Assembly (NCBI GenBank): GCA_021613535.1
Contig: CP075492.1
Span: 6,014,001-6,078,000, forward strand
Direction: 5' to 3'
DNA: 64,000 nt
Origin: Adineta vaga
Taxonomy: Eukaryota; Animalia; Rotifera
The notes under the pieces are model-generated. The model saw nothing but the letters and a program-made list of their open reading frames with translations. It was not told the origin of the DNA and ran no database searches. Within the stretch, counting starts at the first letter, position 1, and every line of letters begins with the position of its first letter. This document shows, piece after piece, positions 12,425 through 25,405 of the stretch. The position numbers and the translations under genes are program-made.

Positions 12425-15400
12425 TTATTTTGTCATCGTCACCGGACGGTTACCATTCGCTCGAATAGGTGTATTCTGTATTGATTCTGTTCTAAAGAAG
12501 AAAAACATTCAATGATAAATAATATTGACTGTTTTTTAAATTACCTGGTTCGATCGTAACTCGTTAATGAATTAGCTAATGAATGAAGTCGTCGCGTTTT
12601 TCGTTTCGATCTAAATCGTTGAAAGAAAGAATTCTTTTTTAGTGAATTCGGTGATGTTGATAGTAAATCAGGATGATCAAGAATAAAATTATCTGTTTCT
12701 ATTTTCAAAAAAAGAAAATCAAGAACATTTCATTAGCAGCGAAGTTGATAATTACGTTGAGGTTTCTTTCTTGTACTCGATCGAAATAGATTTCGAAATG
12801 ATCGTGTTATTGGTTGTTCGCGATGAAAAGATGTTGCACCTGTTGCATTGGAATAGAGAAATGGTTCTGAAAAGTTTATTTTTTTTCGATTAATTTTATT
12901 AGTTTAAATTACGTATCAAACGTGAAACTAACCTGCAGAAAAACTGTGTGGGATAGTGTTAGTTTGTATTGTGCAATTAGGTGAGGAGATCACACCATTT
13001 TCATTCAGTTTACCTTTTTCCAACGTTTTCTTTCGTCGGAAAGATGTGAAATTTCTTAATGAACTCATAATCGATCGAGATTTTCGAGGTTTACTCAATG
13101 GACTATTATCATCGGGTGGCGTTGGAAATATATCTGCTGTTGTTGTTTGAGATATTGACGAAGTATTATTATAAAACTAAAAATATCCAAATACAAGTAA
13201 AAAGATCGTATTTCATATAAATTTTGTCGACGGTATGATAGACGATCTTTATGATTCTAATCTATCATCTTGTTCAGATTGAAGGGGAAAGTTATAAGAA
13301 GAAAAAATGAATATTTTTGTTGATCTTATTATACTCGTACGATTCGAAATAATCCCATTTATTGGATTGCTGATCAAATATTTACAAAATTATTCATCGC
13401 TATGGAATAAATTTGATCTATGTTCGTGTCAGATACTTACATTATTGGCAAAAGGACGATCGCTTGGTGATGCATCAGCTGTCGATGGTGTTAGTTGACG
13501 ATTTTGATCAATTCTATGTGGGTCTAAAACGAAATCATCAAAGATTTTACATAACCTTTGCTCTCTCCTTTGAGATGTTAAAATTCAAAGCAAATCATAA
13601 TACCTCGTCTAAAACTTGACCAACTTTGACTATCTGTGTTACTTTCAAAATCAAATTCATTGTTAACTGATTAAATCATAAAGAAAAACAAATAAATAGC
13701 GTGAATTATTAAATTGTTAAAGAAGCATGCGTTCGAAGCGATTAAATTATTAGCTAAACTTACCGACAGCAACTTCTTCTTCGGAAACAGTCGAAAACTA
13801 AAAACAAATAATTAAATTATCAAGATCTCGATTAAATGTTTAGAATTCGATTTTTATGGGAGAAAATTAATGATTATATCTACAAACACACACACAAAAC
13901 AAAGAGAAATGATTAAGAGAGAAAAAATTTTCGTAAATGTTCTCTGGATTTCAAACGATTTTGTAAACGATGGATAAAATCTGGATTTTGTATATCTTCT
14001 GTTGCAAGTTGAGAATCGATTGGTAATGAAAGAAAGTTAGTTTTCTTATTCGTGTCGGATAATTTTGAATCTGTTGAAGCTTTTTTCGGTTGATTTATTG
14101 AGAAAGTTCCGAATAATTTTAATGAAGAAAGTGTTGGTTGAACGGTAAATCCTATGGATTCAATTGGTGCTAATGGCATAGCAGTTGATCGACATGCTGG
14201 TAGATCTTGTTCAATTTGATCATTACTGGAAGAAGATGATGTTGCCATATTTTGTGAAATTTCATCAATATTTGGACAAGAATTCGATCGTGTAGGTTTT
14301 AAATTCGGTAGTGGTGGATGATAATGTCTTTGATTATTATCATGCTTTCGTCGTACATCGGGACTTGTACATAAATCGAGAAAGATTCGATTTAAATTAG
14401 TTGCACTACGGCTATACACCATTTTTTTCTGATCAGTTATGTTTTTCTTCCTACCTTTTTAGAAAGTCTTAGATAAATAATGTCTTTATGTTACAATGCG
14501 TCATAGCATTTACTGACACTCGAAAGAGAGAATATAAAAAAGAAAAAAAAATATCATAAAAAATCGTAGATGTCTAACATCAGAAATCAAAAAGAAGAAA
14601 GAACAATATTTGAAGACTTATATATACAGAAAGAGGAGAAAGAAGAAAAATATCAATGAAGTATCTATATGGCCTGAAGACATTGAGTGGATTATTTACC
14701 TCGATTCGAATGATTGATTCAGGATATTGAGGAGTTATTCGAACATCTTGTTTGTAAATTGTACTAGTTACATAGGAAAATGGAATTGAAACATCAGCAT
14801 AGAGTTTTTCGGCTGAAAGAAAGACAAAAAGAAAATTATGAAGAAAACAAACATCAAATGAAAATCTGTGAAAACAAACTGAGATTCGTATTGACTTTTT
14901 TTGTTGGTTTTTTTCGATCGAATATTTTCAGATGAATTTCATTACTTTTATCATCACAATCAAATATAAAATGTTCATCCCAGAAGCTAAAGAAATATGA
15001 TTAAATTTATAGCATAAAAGTTTCGAAAACATACGGATTGACGCCATTCTTAGCTATACTTGTTTTATGCACTTGTTTGGGATGATTTAATTCCAAAACA
15101 CAAAATGGTTGTTCAACATCTAAAGTTATCCTTTCATTGAAAGTATCATGTTAAAACAAATGTCTTACCATGTAATTTCACTGCTTTTACAATACGAACA
15201 AGGAGTTTCTTTGGTTTTCCCTTCTGAGAAATGATCTGTTGATTATTATCAATGATCGATGGGACAGGCGGAGTTTCACATTGTTCGGAAACATTTGTAG
15301 ATTGTGACGGAGTTGTTATTTGTTGACTAAAATTCATAATAACATCTTTAAATATATCAATTATTATAGTTCAAAACATTTCAAATATCAGATGATCATA

Positions 15401-16534
15401 TTATTTCTTTAGGTCGTGTTTTTTTACGCATAAATAATCTTGTCGTTCTCTATCGACCTTGTTAGGAGAAGAAAAAGGTAGTTAGAAATGCAAAAGACGT
15501 TCTCTCTTTGTTCCTGTCACTTAATCACGTTAAGTGATCATTTCATCTTGTGAAAAGAAAGGAATTCTTAATTGAAAGAATGAAAGATTAAACTTACTGT
15601 TTCCAATGGTTGATTCGTAGTCTTTTCTTGTTGAAATGTAAATTGAACTGTAGTTTTATTAATTAGATCGGTAAGTAGATTGAGAATAGATTGCTTTCCA
15701 TCTGTTGATGAAACCTTCGGAAAAAAAACCCAAAGAAGTCAAATTAATTTCCTTTGAGAAAAGATAGCAAATTAATCTTATTCTACATTTTTTGAATCGA
15801 TTATTTCTACAGATCCGATTTGTGTTGTAGTAAATTTCAATTCAATTCCATTTAGCAAAGAAATTTCCAGATCACCCGTTAGTTTTCGTATCTCTACAAG
15901 ATACTGTTCTTGTTTGATTGGATTGAGGATGGTAAATACAGAAGAATTTATGGTTAATATAGCATTGATAACCTTGTAAGTAAGAAATAATATACACAAA
16001 TGAGAAAAAGGAAACACTTACAGTCGATGAATTCGATGTTTGAGAAAGATGAGATACTGTGACATTAGAAAATTGTAACGATTCGATTTGAAGATAATCC
16101 TAAAAGAAATTAAAAAGATTGATGTTGTGCTCATAAAAAATAGGAGAATAATAGAAAGAAGAGGTGGTTACCTTTGTATATTTAAGTATCTTATTTAATG
16201 AATGACGAAATTCACAAATGAATCGTTTTTGAATATAATTAGAAGAATTCAATAGATAGGTTAGAAAAAATGATGATTGAGGAAAAGACTCTCTATTGAA
16301 TGAAGAAATCCATTGATGAAATTTGAATAAAATCTTCGAGTCGTATAGGATTGATAGGATAATACAGATAGTTAGAATTGAAATAAGCATAGTAAAAAGA
16401 AGGAAATACTCAGTTGTAGATAAATATAAAGAAAAATTTTCATAATAAGATAATAAAGTTTGATAGAATTGCTCAAAAGATTCTCGTGGATATTCAATAA
16501 ATGTTTCGATTAGTGTTTGATGATTTGTAGACAT
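12425..16534 (-). CDS. TMEM24/C2CD2L-like ER-PM lipid transfer protein (TM-SMP-like-C2-basic tail), multi-exon
   Basis: N-terminal TM in ORF 16100-16534, then a beta-rich SMP-like region. C2 domain KKLLVRIVKAVKLH|DVEQPFCVLELNHPKQVHKT..NP|FWDEHFIF. Polybasic C-terminus (FRSKRKTRR). Stop at 12425-12427. Some exon junctions are approximate. Confidence 0.7.
13913..14422 (-). CDS. Nested 169-aa ORF within a TMEM24-like intron (alternative first exon or nested gene)
   Basis: Own ATG with an upstream in-frame stop, coding-like Ser/Pro-rich composition, lying inside the intron at about 13799-14698. Confidence 0.5.
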   Translation of the reverse strand: MVYSRSATNLNRIFLDLCTSPDVRRKHDNNQRHYHPPLPNLKPTRSNSCPNIDEISQNMATSSSSSNDQIEQDLPACRSTAMPLAPIESIGFTVQPTLSSLKLFGTFSINQPKKASTDSKLSDTNKKTNFLSLPIDSQLATEDIQNPDFIHRLQNRLKSREHLRKFFLS

Positions 16535-16975
16535 TGTTAATATTGAAAGAATTCTGTTATGTTGTTACATATCTCATGGACAACAGCACTCGGAAAAAGA
16601 AACTCAATAATCATCATCAGCGTCATCGGATTGTCGTCGTCGTTCGGCATATTTTCTCGTTTTTACACTCACGCTCGTGTGCATTTTATCGTTATGAATG
16701 AAGAAATGCAAGAGAAGAAACGACAACGATAAGGAGAGGAAATTTCTGCATGAATATTATGTGTTGATGATTCTTTTCGGAAATAAGCAAATGATGCTTG
16801 ATCTTAGGAGATACAAACGTAAAAAATCATTTTCGCTTAAAATGACAGGATGTCGTTGACAACATATAGAGAAGAAAAGCTTTGCATTCATTATGATAGA
16901 ACACATATTGAGTAAATAAACATAAACAAAGAAGATTAAGAAAACTTCTAATCTTAACAACGAGGTCTACGTTTC

Positions 16976-18629
16976 TTAACTTACATATTCTTTTAAACAT
17001 CTGTCATTTAATGTTCGACGATAAGTTTCACTTAGATTTCGATAACCACCAATGCGTTCTTGTTCAAGCCAAACATGTAATTCTTTTTCGATTTTCTCAA
17101 TCAATGAATTCTTTCTTTTAATATTTACAGATATTTGTTCTAAAGATAAATCATTCATCTGATTTGATATAATCTGTTGACTTTTGCTAGATTGCTTCTT
17201 CTTGTTATTCTGTTGATGATATCTTGATATTATGACAAAAAGAATTAATGGAATGCTGATAATCATCCAAAATTGTGCAAAATAATATAAGAAGTTTTTT
17301 CCATAGATAGAAGAATTGGCACAGAAGGAATCAACATAATAACGATAACATTGAGGACCATTAGATTTCAATATGGATAAATAGATTGGAAAGGGTGATC
17401 GATTACGATAAAAATCAAGGATATAGATATGTTTTTGTTTAGATAAGACTTGACGATCGATAAATTCTCTATGTTCAGTACAATCAAGATTAGTATAAGC
17501 TGCATAAATCGAACTGACATCACGTTGAGGGATATGTTGCATATGTAGTTTCCATGGGGAATAAGGAAATTTATTATCATGCCATATATTCCAAGTTTCA
17601 TCGAGCCATTTGTTTAGTTTTTCAAGTTGTTTGATCTTTGAAATGAATGAATGAATGAATGAATGACGTAATACGACAATTCAACGAATTTTCATACCTG
17701 TTCTGATGATTTCCTGAAGAATTTTGAATTAGCAAGATTATTTGCTTGTTGTTTAAATACAAGTTTCTGTTCTTTATGCGAAGAAACCTAGTTATTATTT
17801 GATATATTTATAATCAATTATTTATCTACAATTATTTACTTCTGATACTGAATCATTTACAAATGTTTCTTCAACGAGCATGTTTTCTTTCTTCTTATTA
17901 AGAATGAAATTTGAATGTTCATCGTTCACATCGGATTTGGAATTGTTTTTCAACGACGAAGACATCTAGAAACAGAAATCATTTATATTGTTATTCGAAT
18001 ATCTCTTCAAACCTTTGTTGAAGTATATTCATCTATCTTTTCCGATAATCGCATGGATGTTTGTTTATTCATCGAAGAATTCTAAAGAAAAACATTGATG
18101 AAATCATTTTTGTTTGTTTTTTTTGAATACTAATCTTTACCAAAGACAATTTCCGTTGTTCATGGATTGAAAGAGAAATCGGTCGAAGAATAAATATAGA
18201 TTGTAAGAGAAGAAATATAAGAAAAAATAATGGAAATGAATAAGTTTTCGATAGATGCGAACGTTTTCCTATGGATAATTTTGTTGTAAAAAATGACAGA
18301 ATGGATGAGAATACAAATAATGGAAATAATATTCCATAATTAGTTGTTTTTGGTAATATCAATTGGAAAAGTTTTAATAGTGGCCAGAAAATAATCGTTA
18401 ATAGATGAAAGATTAATTGAAATATATATTTGATCAATAAATAGAATAGATATGGTATTTGGCAGATGAAATATAATAGAATTAATAATCCAATTGATTG
18501 AAAAAAATACTGACGAATCGATCGAAAACGTTGTTGAGTGAAGAATTCTTTTCGTTGAATTTGTGCAATTGAATTCGTTATTGTTTCAAATGTTGTCTTT
18601 CCAATTGAATCTGATGATACCGATGACAT
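16976..18629 (-). CDS. Uncharacterized multi-pass membrane protein, multi-exon
   Basis: ORF 18069-18629 (3-4 TM helices) and ORF 16976-17542 (one TM) are joined by short exons with GT-AG introns. Confidence 0.6.
17643..17666. repeat. (ATGA)n tetranucleotide microsatellite in an intron
   Basis: atgaatgaatgaatgaatgaatga. Confidence 0.8.
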
Positions 18630-20969
18630 TCAAATTTCGATTCACTTAGTTATTCCTAAATGATAGAAGAAAAAAACACAACAATAGAAAACGCATGTTC
18701 AGATAGAATTACGATGAAACGTGATCAGTCTGTTGTTTCATTCTTTCATGTCTACTTATAGTCTTTCAACATGCAAATGCAAAGAAAAAGTATCTTATTA
18801 TACAATGAAACATCATAAAAGAAAAAGAATGATTATTTTCCATCTATGTACGCGTGCTTTTGTCAAACTGAACCTTAATAAAAATATCTCAAGAGGATCG
18901 TTTCTTTCTTTTTTTTCAGTTATGTATACTCTTCAAACGTCCTGTCATTAATGTATATTAGAAGAAAATATATTCGTGCATAGATGTAATGCAATAACAA
19001 CTATAGAAGAAAAAAAGAAGAAAAAAATCTAGAAGAAAGAAAAGGGAAAAAACTTGTCGACTCATGCAAATGCAAATGTCTTTTCTTTGACTTATTCAAA
19101 AACACGAATAATAGAGAGAGAGAGAAAAAAATATTATTCTGTTATGATTTATTTCCTTCTAAGTTACACGTTTCTAGTTCTATCGTTTCATCGAATGACA
19201 TACTTGTTTTAATCAATCATGATTCGATGTAAAACAGAGAGAAAACTAATTCCATTTGTCAAATTCTAGTCATGTTTAATTAACAAATCGTGATTAGTAA
19301 TATGGGTTATATGTCATTTCGAGGTACATTGAATATGATTAACTTGAAGTCGATGAAATGTGAAAGGAAATTTTCTATCTCGATGATATTTGATGAATTT
19401 TTTATATGGAAAAAAGAAATATACATTATTTTCATCTTCGAAAGAATTCTACTCAATTGATCAATAATTTAATCAATCAATTACTATCATTGCTCGATAT
19501 TTTTGCATTAATAATTCTCTCTGAACGATACGTACTTACAGTCGATCGTATAATAATTGAAGTATTTTCCCTTTTGTAAAGTTTATTCGATATAATAGTT
19601 TGTTGAAATATTACTAAAAGTGACACGTTCGACAAACATAGATAAAATACGAATGTATTTCGAAGAGATTATACTGAAAATCTTTATATTGATTGAGATG
19701 ATTTGATAGACATTACCATCGATCTAAATCTTCTCTTCTTCTTCTTCTTTTTTTTAATCAGTCCGTAATCTCATATGAATTAGAGATACCAGACATCATT
19801 TATTTTTATTCCTTTGGTACTGCAGGATGTTGATAACAAGTCTACTATACATTCAGTCTCTTGCTGTAAAACACCAAACTAACTAAAATAATCATATTAC
19901 TCGCAACTTTTTGTCTCATTGTCATTACCATCTGAGTAATTGCTTTAATCAAGGAAAATCGACATAATGTTCGAAATATGTCTATCTATTTATTCTTATT
20001 TTTACAAGAATGGAACGCTCTTACTCTTTATCAAAAGCGCATTTCTTTGCAAAGTTGTTACTTCTAATGTGTAAATTATCTGCTAAATGCTCACGATTTC
20101 TATTGAATAAAGTACTTTTTTCTGCACTATTCATTGAAAATAACTTTCTAAAGAAAACAATTAAAAATTTTAATTGATTTTATTTAAAAACAGAAAACAA
20201 GCTATTCTTCCCCATCGAATATTCTTATAATAAACCATCTGTTCGAATTGCCCAGAGTGTGGATCTTGCCATAGTTTTCTTCAAACATACATTCATTTTT
20301 ACAGTCGATAGCAAAACGGATTTGTAGTAAATCATGTTGTTCTTTTCAATATACGATATACATGACCATGATAATTGACCAATAGGGAAAGATATCGTTT
20401 ACAATTTGTTCGTCTATGTCATCGAACCGAAAAGAAGTGTAAAAAAACGTAAGTATGACTTATAGCGACCTCGAATTATCATACCATATGAAACATACTT
20501 TATTTCGATAGACTTAAGTCTTCTATTCAGAATGATTGATTAATTCTATATCCATCAGTTCGATTTGAGTACATCATTAATATCTGTCGAGGGAATTCTG
20601 GAATTATTTTGTTTATTTATACATGTTTTTCCATCAATTATAAAAACACTGACAAGCAGGAATATTTCAAATCTTTCTTCGGACTGCTGCCGAAATACAT
20701 CTGTTTTTATCAACCGAATATATTACAATTTATTCATTGCATATGTTAGTAATTGAATCGATCGATTGGAAAAAATGAAAATTTATGGCATAAATATATA
20801 TTTTCTATATATTCTTTTTTTTTCTTCTCGGTAAACTGATACACAGATAACATGATGTTACACAGATAGAAAAAAAATAGCATAATTAAAACCTATCGAA
20901 TTAGCATAGTTTTATCACAAGAAAAAAACCCGAAATAAATCAATTTAAATGTCTATTGCTTTGAAATCA

Positions 20970-22391
20970 TTAGAATTTAAGTTGTTTTGCTTGTTCCCAT
21001 GGAAATTCTGGTCTACCAAAATGACCATAACAAGCTGTTTTAGAATAAATTGGAGTCTTCAAATTCAAATCCCTAGAAAAGATAATTCGACGATAAATTT
21101 CAGAAGAGAAACATGCAACTATTTCATCAACATACCGAATGATCATACCAGGACGAAGATCAAAATTATTTTGAACTATTTCAAGTAATTCTTTATCGGT
21201 TTTTGATGAAGTACCATAGGAGAAAACTGCAATAGATAATGGTTTAGAGATACCAATACTATAAGAAACTTGAACAAGACAACGACGACAAAGTTTTGCC
21301 TTGACTAATGATTTAGCTACCCAACGAGCAGCATAAGCGCCAGAACGATCAACTTTCGATGGATCTTTTCCACTAAAAGCTCCACCACCATGAGCACCCC
21401 AACCACCATATGTATCAACGATAATTTTTCTACCAGTTAAACCAGCATCACCTTGTGGTCCACCAATTTCAAATTTACCTGATGGATTTAAATAATAAAT
21501 TGTATTCTTATCAAGAAATTTTTCTGGTACAACCGGTTTGATGATTTTATTGAGGAGATCATCTCGTAATTGTTCTTGTGTTACTTGAGGACTATGTTGT
21601 GTTGATATAACGATGGTATGCACACGTAGAGGAATGCATGCACCCTTATCAAATCTATATTCGACAGTAACCTGGAAGAAAAAAACAAGGCAAATGTATG
21701 TTTTTTTAGACATATTTCGTCTGATATTTCATATACTTGAGTTTTAGAATCTGGTCGAAGATATTCCATTTCACCATTACGTCTTAATTCGGCCATTTTT
21801 GCATTCAACTGATGCGAAAGTACGACTGTTAATGGCATACATTCTTCTGTTTCATCAGTTGCATAACCAAACATAAGACCTTGATCTCCAGCACCAATAT
21901 CTTCATCTGTTTTCTTCTCATGTACAGCTTGGGCAATATCGGGTGATTGTTGTTCCAAAGCAACAAGTACATTCATTGTATTATAATCAAAACCTTTGGT
22001 TGATGAATCGTAACCAATTTCGCGTACTGTATCTCGAATAATTTTTTGATAATCAAGATTAGCTTTTGTTGTAATTTCACCACAAACTAAGACCATACCA
22101 GTTTTTGTACATGTTTCTATTGACATAAGAACATATTCGATAGGAACGAAAAGGATCAATGAGAATATTTACCACATGCTACCTTGGCATTGGGATCTTG
22201 AGCCAAGCAAGCATCGAGTACGGCATCACTTACTTGATCACAGATTTTATCTGATTAATATTTGAAGAAAATGAAACAAAAAACAATTATTCTTTTTTTT
22301 TAGTTTGAATTGATCATTTACCAGGATGTCCTTCACCGACTGATTCCGATGTGAACAAAAACACTTCACCGTGTGAATTGTCTGATTCCAT
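20970..22391 (-). CDS. MAT: S-adenosylmethionine synthetase (methionine adenosyltransferase), 5 exons
   Basis: Exons 22391-22322, 22250-22173, 22116-21737, 21671-21136 and 21072-20970. Motifs [28 protein letters not shown] and YGHFGR. Confidence 0.98.
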
Positions 22392-23742
22392 GATTAGGGC
22401 TCAGGTGAGGTATATATCGTCTAAAAAAGAAATATCAAACGAGTATCGCCTGATCTTCTCGCACTGCCTTTTTATTATGCTTCTGTCGTATATATTCGAC
22501 TATTTGCTTCTTCTTTTAACATACTATATCATCAACGAAATATTAAGACAAAAAAAGCGTGATTAACTGATAAGAATGAATGCTTCTATTTTTCTCCTTG
22601 TTTTTATAGCTACGAAAGAAAAAAAAGAGACGCAGATGCATTCGAGCACACACAGCATGAGAGAAAATCACATCGAAAGGACAAGGTACAAGAGTGATAA
22701 TCAGAAATAGAATGTCATCAGAAACGTTAACAAAAAAACAAGAAAAACGATAAAAGGACAATAAGATTAGATATACTAGTCCTCTAAATATAATCAATTT
22801 TCCTACTTAAGAAAAAATTAAGTACTCCTAATACACATTTTTATTATTATCAAGGTTTGAAAAATCTAACCCGTAGAAAAGTTGCTCTTAACCTTCGAAA
22901 ATATTGATCAAGGATATTGTTTCACCTGAAAGAAACGAAGCACGCATACAAGTATATCTGATTTAAAACTGTACGGTCCAATACATGCTGTTCTCGTATA
23001 TGTAAAGAAATAAAAATGAGACCTACTACTATCGACATGGTCGTCTTCTTCTCTTTTTTTTTCTCTCGTTCTCTTCGTCTTTCTTTATTATGCAAACATG
23101 TATATGTAGCTTTCAAGACCTAACTATACGAAAAAAAAAGACGACGAGAAAAGAACGAATGATCCTCATCACAAGGTTAATAATTTATCGTATATTGTTC
23201 CTGTCCAAAAAAAAAGGTAGTTGGTAGATTAATTTTATTCAAGAATAATCAGAATATAAACAATGATGAAAAACTATCGAGAAATCTTGTTTCATCAGGA
23301 CTTGTAAATTGTTATTTAGAAAATATGTCGATTAGATATCTGATTGGTATAAACGAGTGCATATATGCACGCAACGCACCATACATACAGAGTATGGATC
23401 GTATCTAGTTTATCAAAACGAAGCAGTGGGTTAATACAAGGAAATCATTTCTCGACTAAGACCTTGAAAATACCATTGTAATCGTGATATAAGAATTGTT
23501 TATGTAAAACGAAAGATAAATATCTAAAAGTAAAAACAATAATATGACTTATTTTTATCTCGATTCACGTTGAATGATATCAATGCTAAGGTTTTAACTA
23601 GAAACTATTGCCTTAGTCATTCGTTGTTTGTTTGATGAAAAATAACCCATAATGGGAAATAACAAAATATACCAGAATGGGCAAAAACAACATATTTATG
23701 CGAGCGCGTATCAAACATCGAATAATAAAATTTTAAAGAAAA

Positions 23743-24299
23743 ATGTCATTCATTGATTGGAACGATCTATTCGACGAAATATTCGAAGGATATTCTCATA
23801 AATGGACTTTAAAACAAGCTCATCGACATGCTACACATATGTTTGGTCATTTACAAACACAACGTTGTATGGAGCGAACGAAATATGCAAAGTTTGTTGT
23901 TACTGTATAGTTTTCACTTCGATGTATTATTTCTGTAGATTTCATTGTCCAAAATGTTCAAAAGGTTGGGCATCAGCGAAAGCCAAAGTGGATTTATATT
24001 ATCCGAACTTTAACCAACGTCTCGGTCAAGTGACAATAAGATTCTATGGTCAAGAATGTCGAAGATGTTCTCGAAAAGGAACTTATTACGTTGATCCAGA
24101 ATTTGAACTGGACGATATTCGATTTATCTTGGAAAAACTATATGAAAGAATTGGATGGGATTGCTATCATAAAGAACGACCAAAAACAACAAAAACTTAC
24201 GTAGAAAGAGACAACAAAATTCAAGGTCCACACGAAGAAAAATTATGTGAAGCTTGTAAAATGGGCCGATGTGATCAAGTATCCCGAAAAACTAAATAA
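23743..24299 (+). CDS. Receptor-transporting protein (RTP)-like zf-3CxxC protein, 2 exons
   Basis: Exon 1 23743-23891 (MSFIDWNDLFDEIF..HKWTL), intron 23892-23938, exon 2 FHCPKC..GWASA...RFYGQECRRC...GPHEEKLCEACKMGRC. Confidence 0.88.
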
Positions 24300-24765
24300 T
24301 CGAAATTGACATATTCTTTCCTCGTATATTCACTTAATGATAATGAAATTATCATAAAATTCTTCTGTATATATTTCTTTATAACGTGTTAGACTGTCTT
24401 TAATATTCATAAAAATAGAATAAAATAGTTATGGAAATTATATTAGCAAAATTGTTTCTTATGTCGAATGTCGAAGGCGAACATTTGAATAAAACAACGG
24501 TTAGTTATCCGTTTTATTTTTCAATATTTTTCCGGAGAAAAAACAACAAAATGTACTTTGCGTATGTGTTTACATTGTATATACTGCGAAAGAAAGAGAA
24601 AAAAAACCAATAAAGAAAAGAAAAACCGAATTGAATATATGTGTATAAATGAGAAACAATTAAAACATATTCACTTTAGTTCAATTCATTAGAATACACA
24701 ACGTATAAATTGACCTAGAAAAACAAAAACTTGTCTGTTAAGTTATTGATTTATGGACATGAATT

Positions 24766-25405
<640 letters not shown>

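Noticed and set aside
19750-20750. Exon-like segments on the minus strand downstream of MAT
   Set aside because: Some splice-like sites are present, but I could not assemble a consistent ORF or recognise any motif
20825-20833. UACCGAGAA in the MAT 3' UTR resembling the METTL16 nonamer UACAGAGAA
   Set aside because: The mismatch is at the methyl-acceptor A itself, it is a single copy, and there is no convincing hairpin
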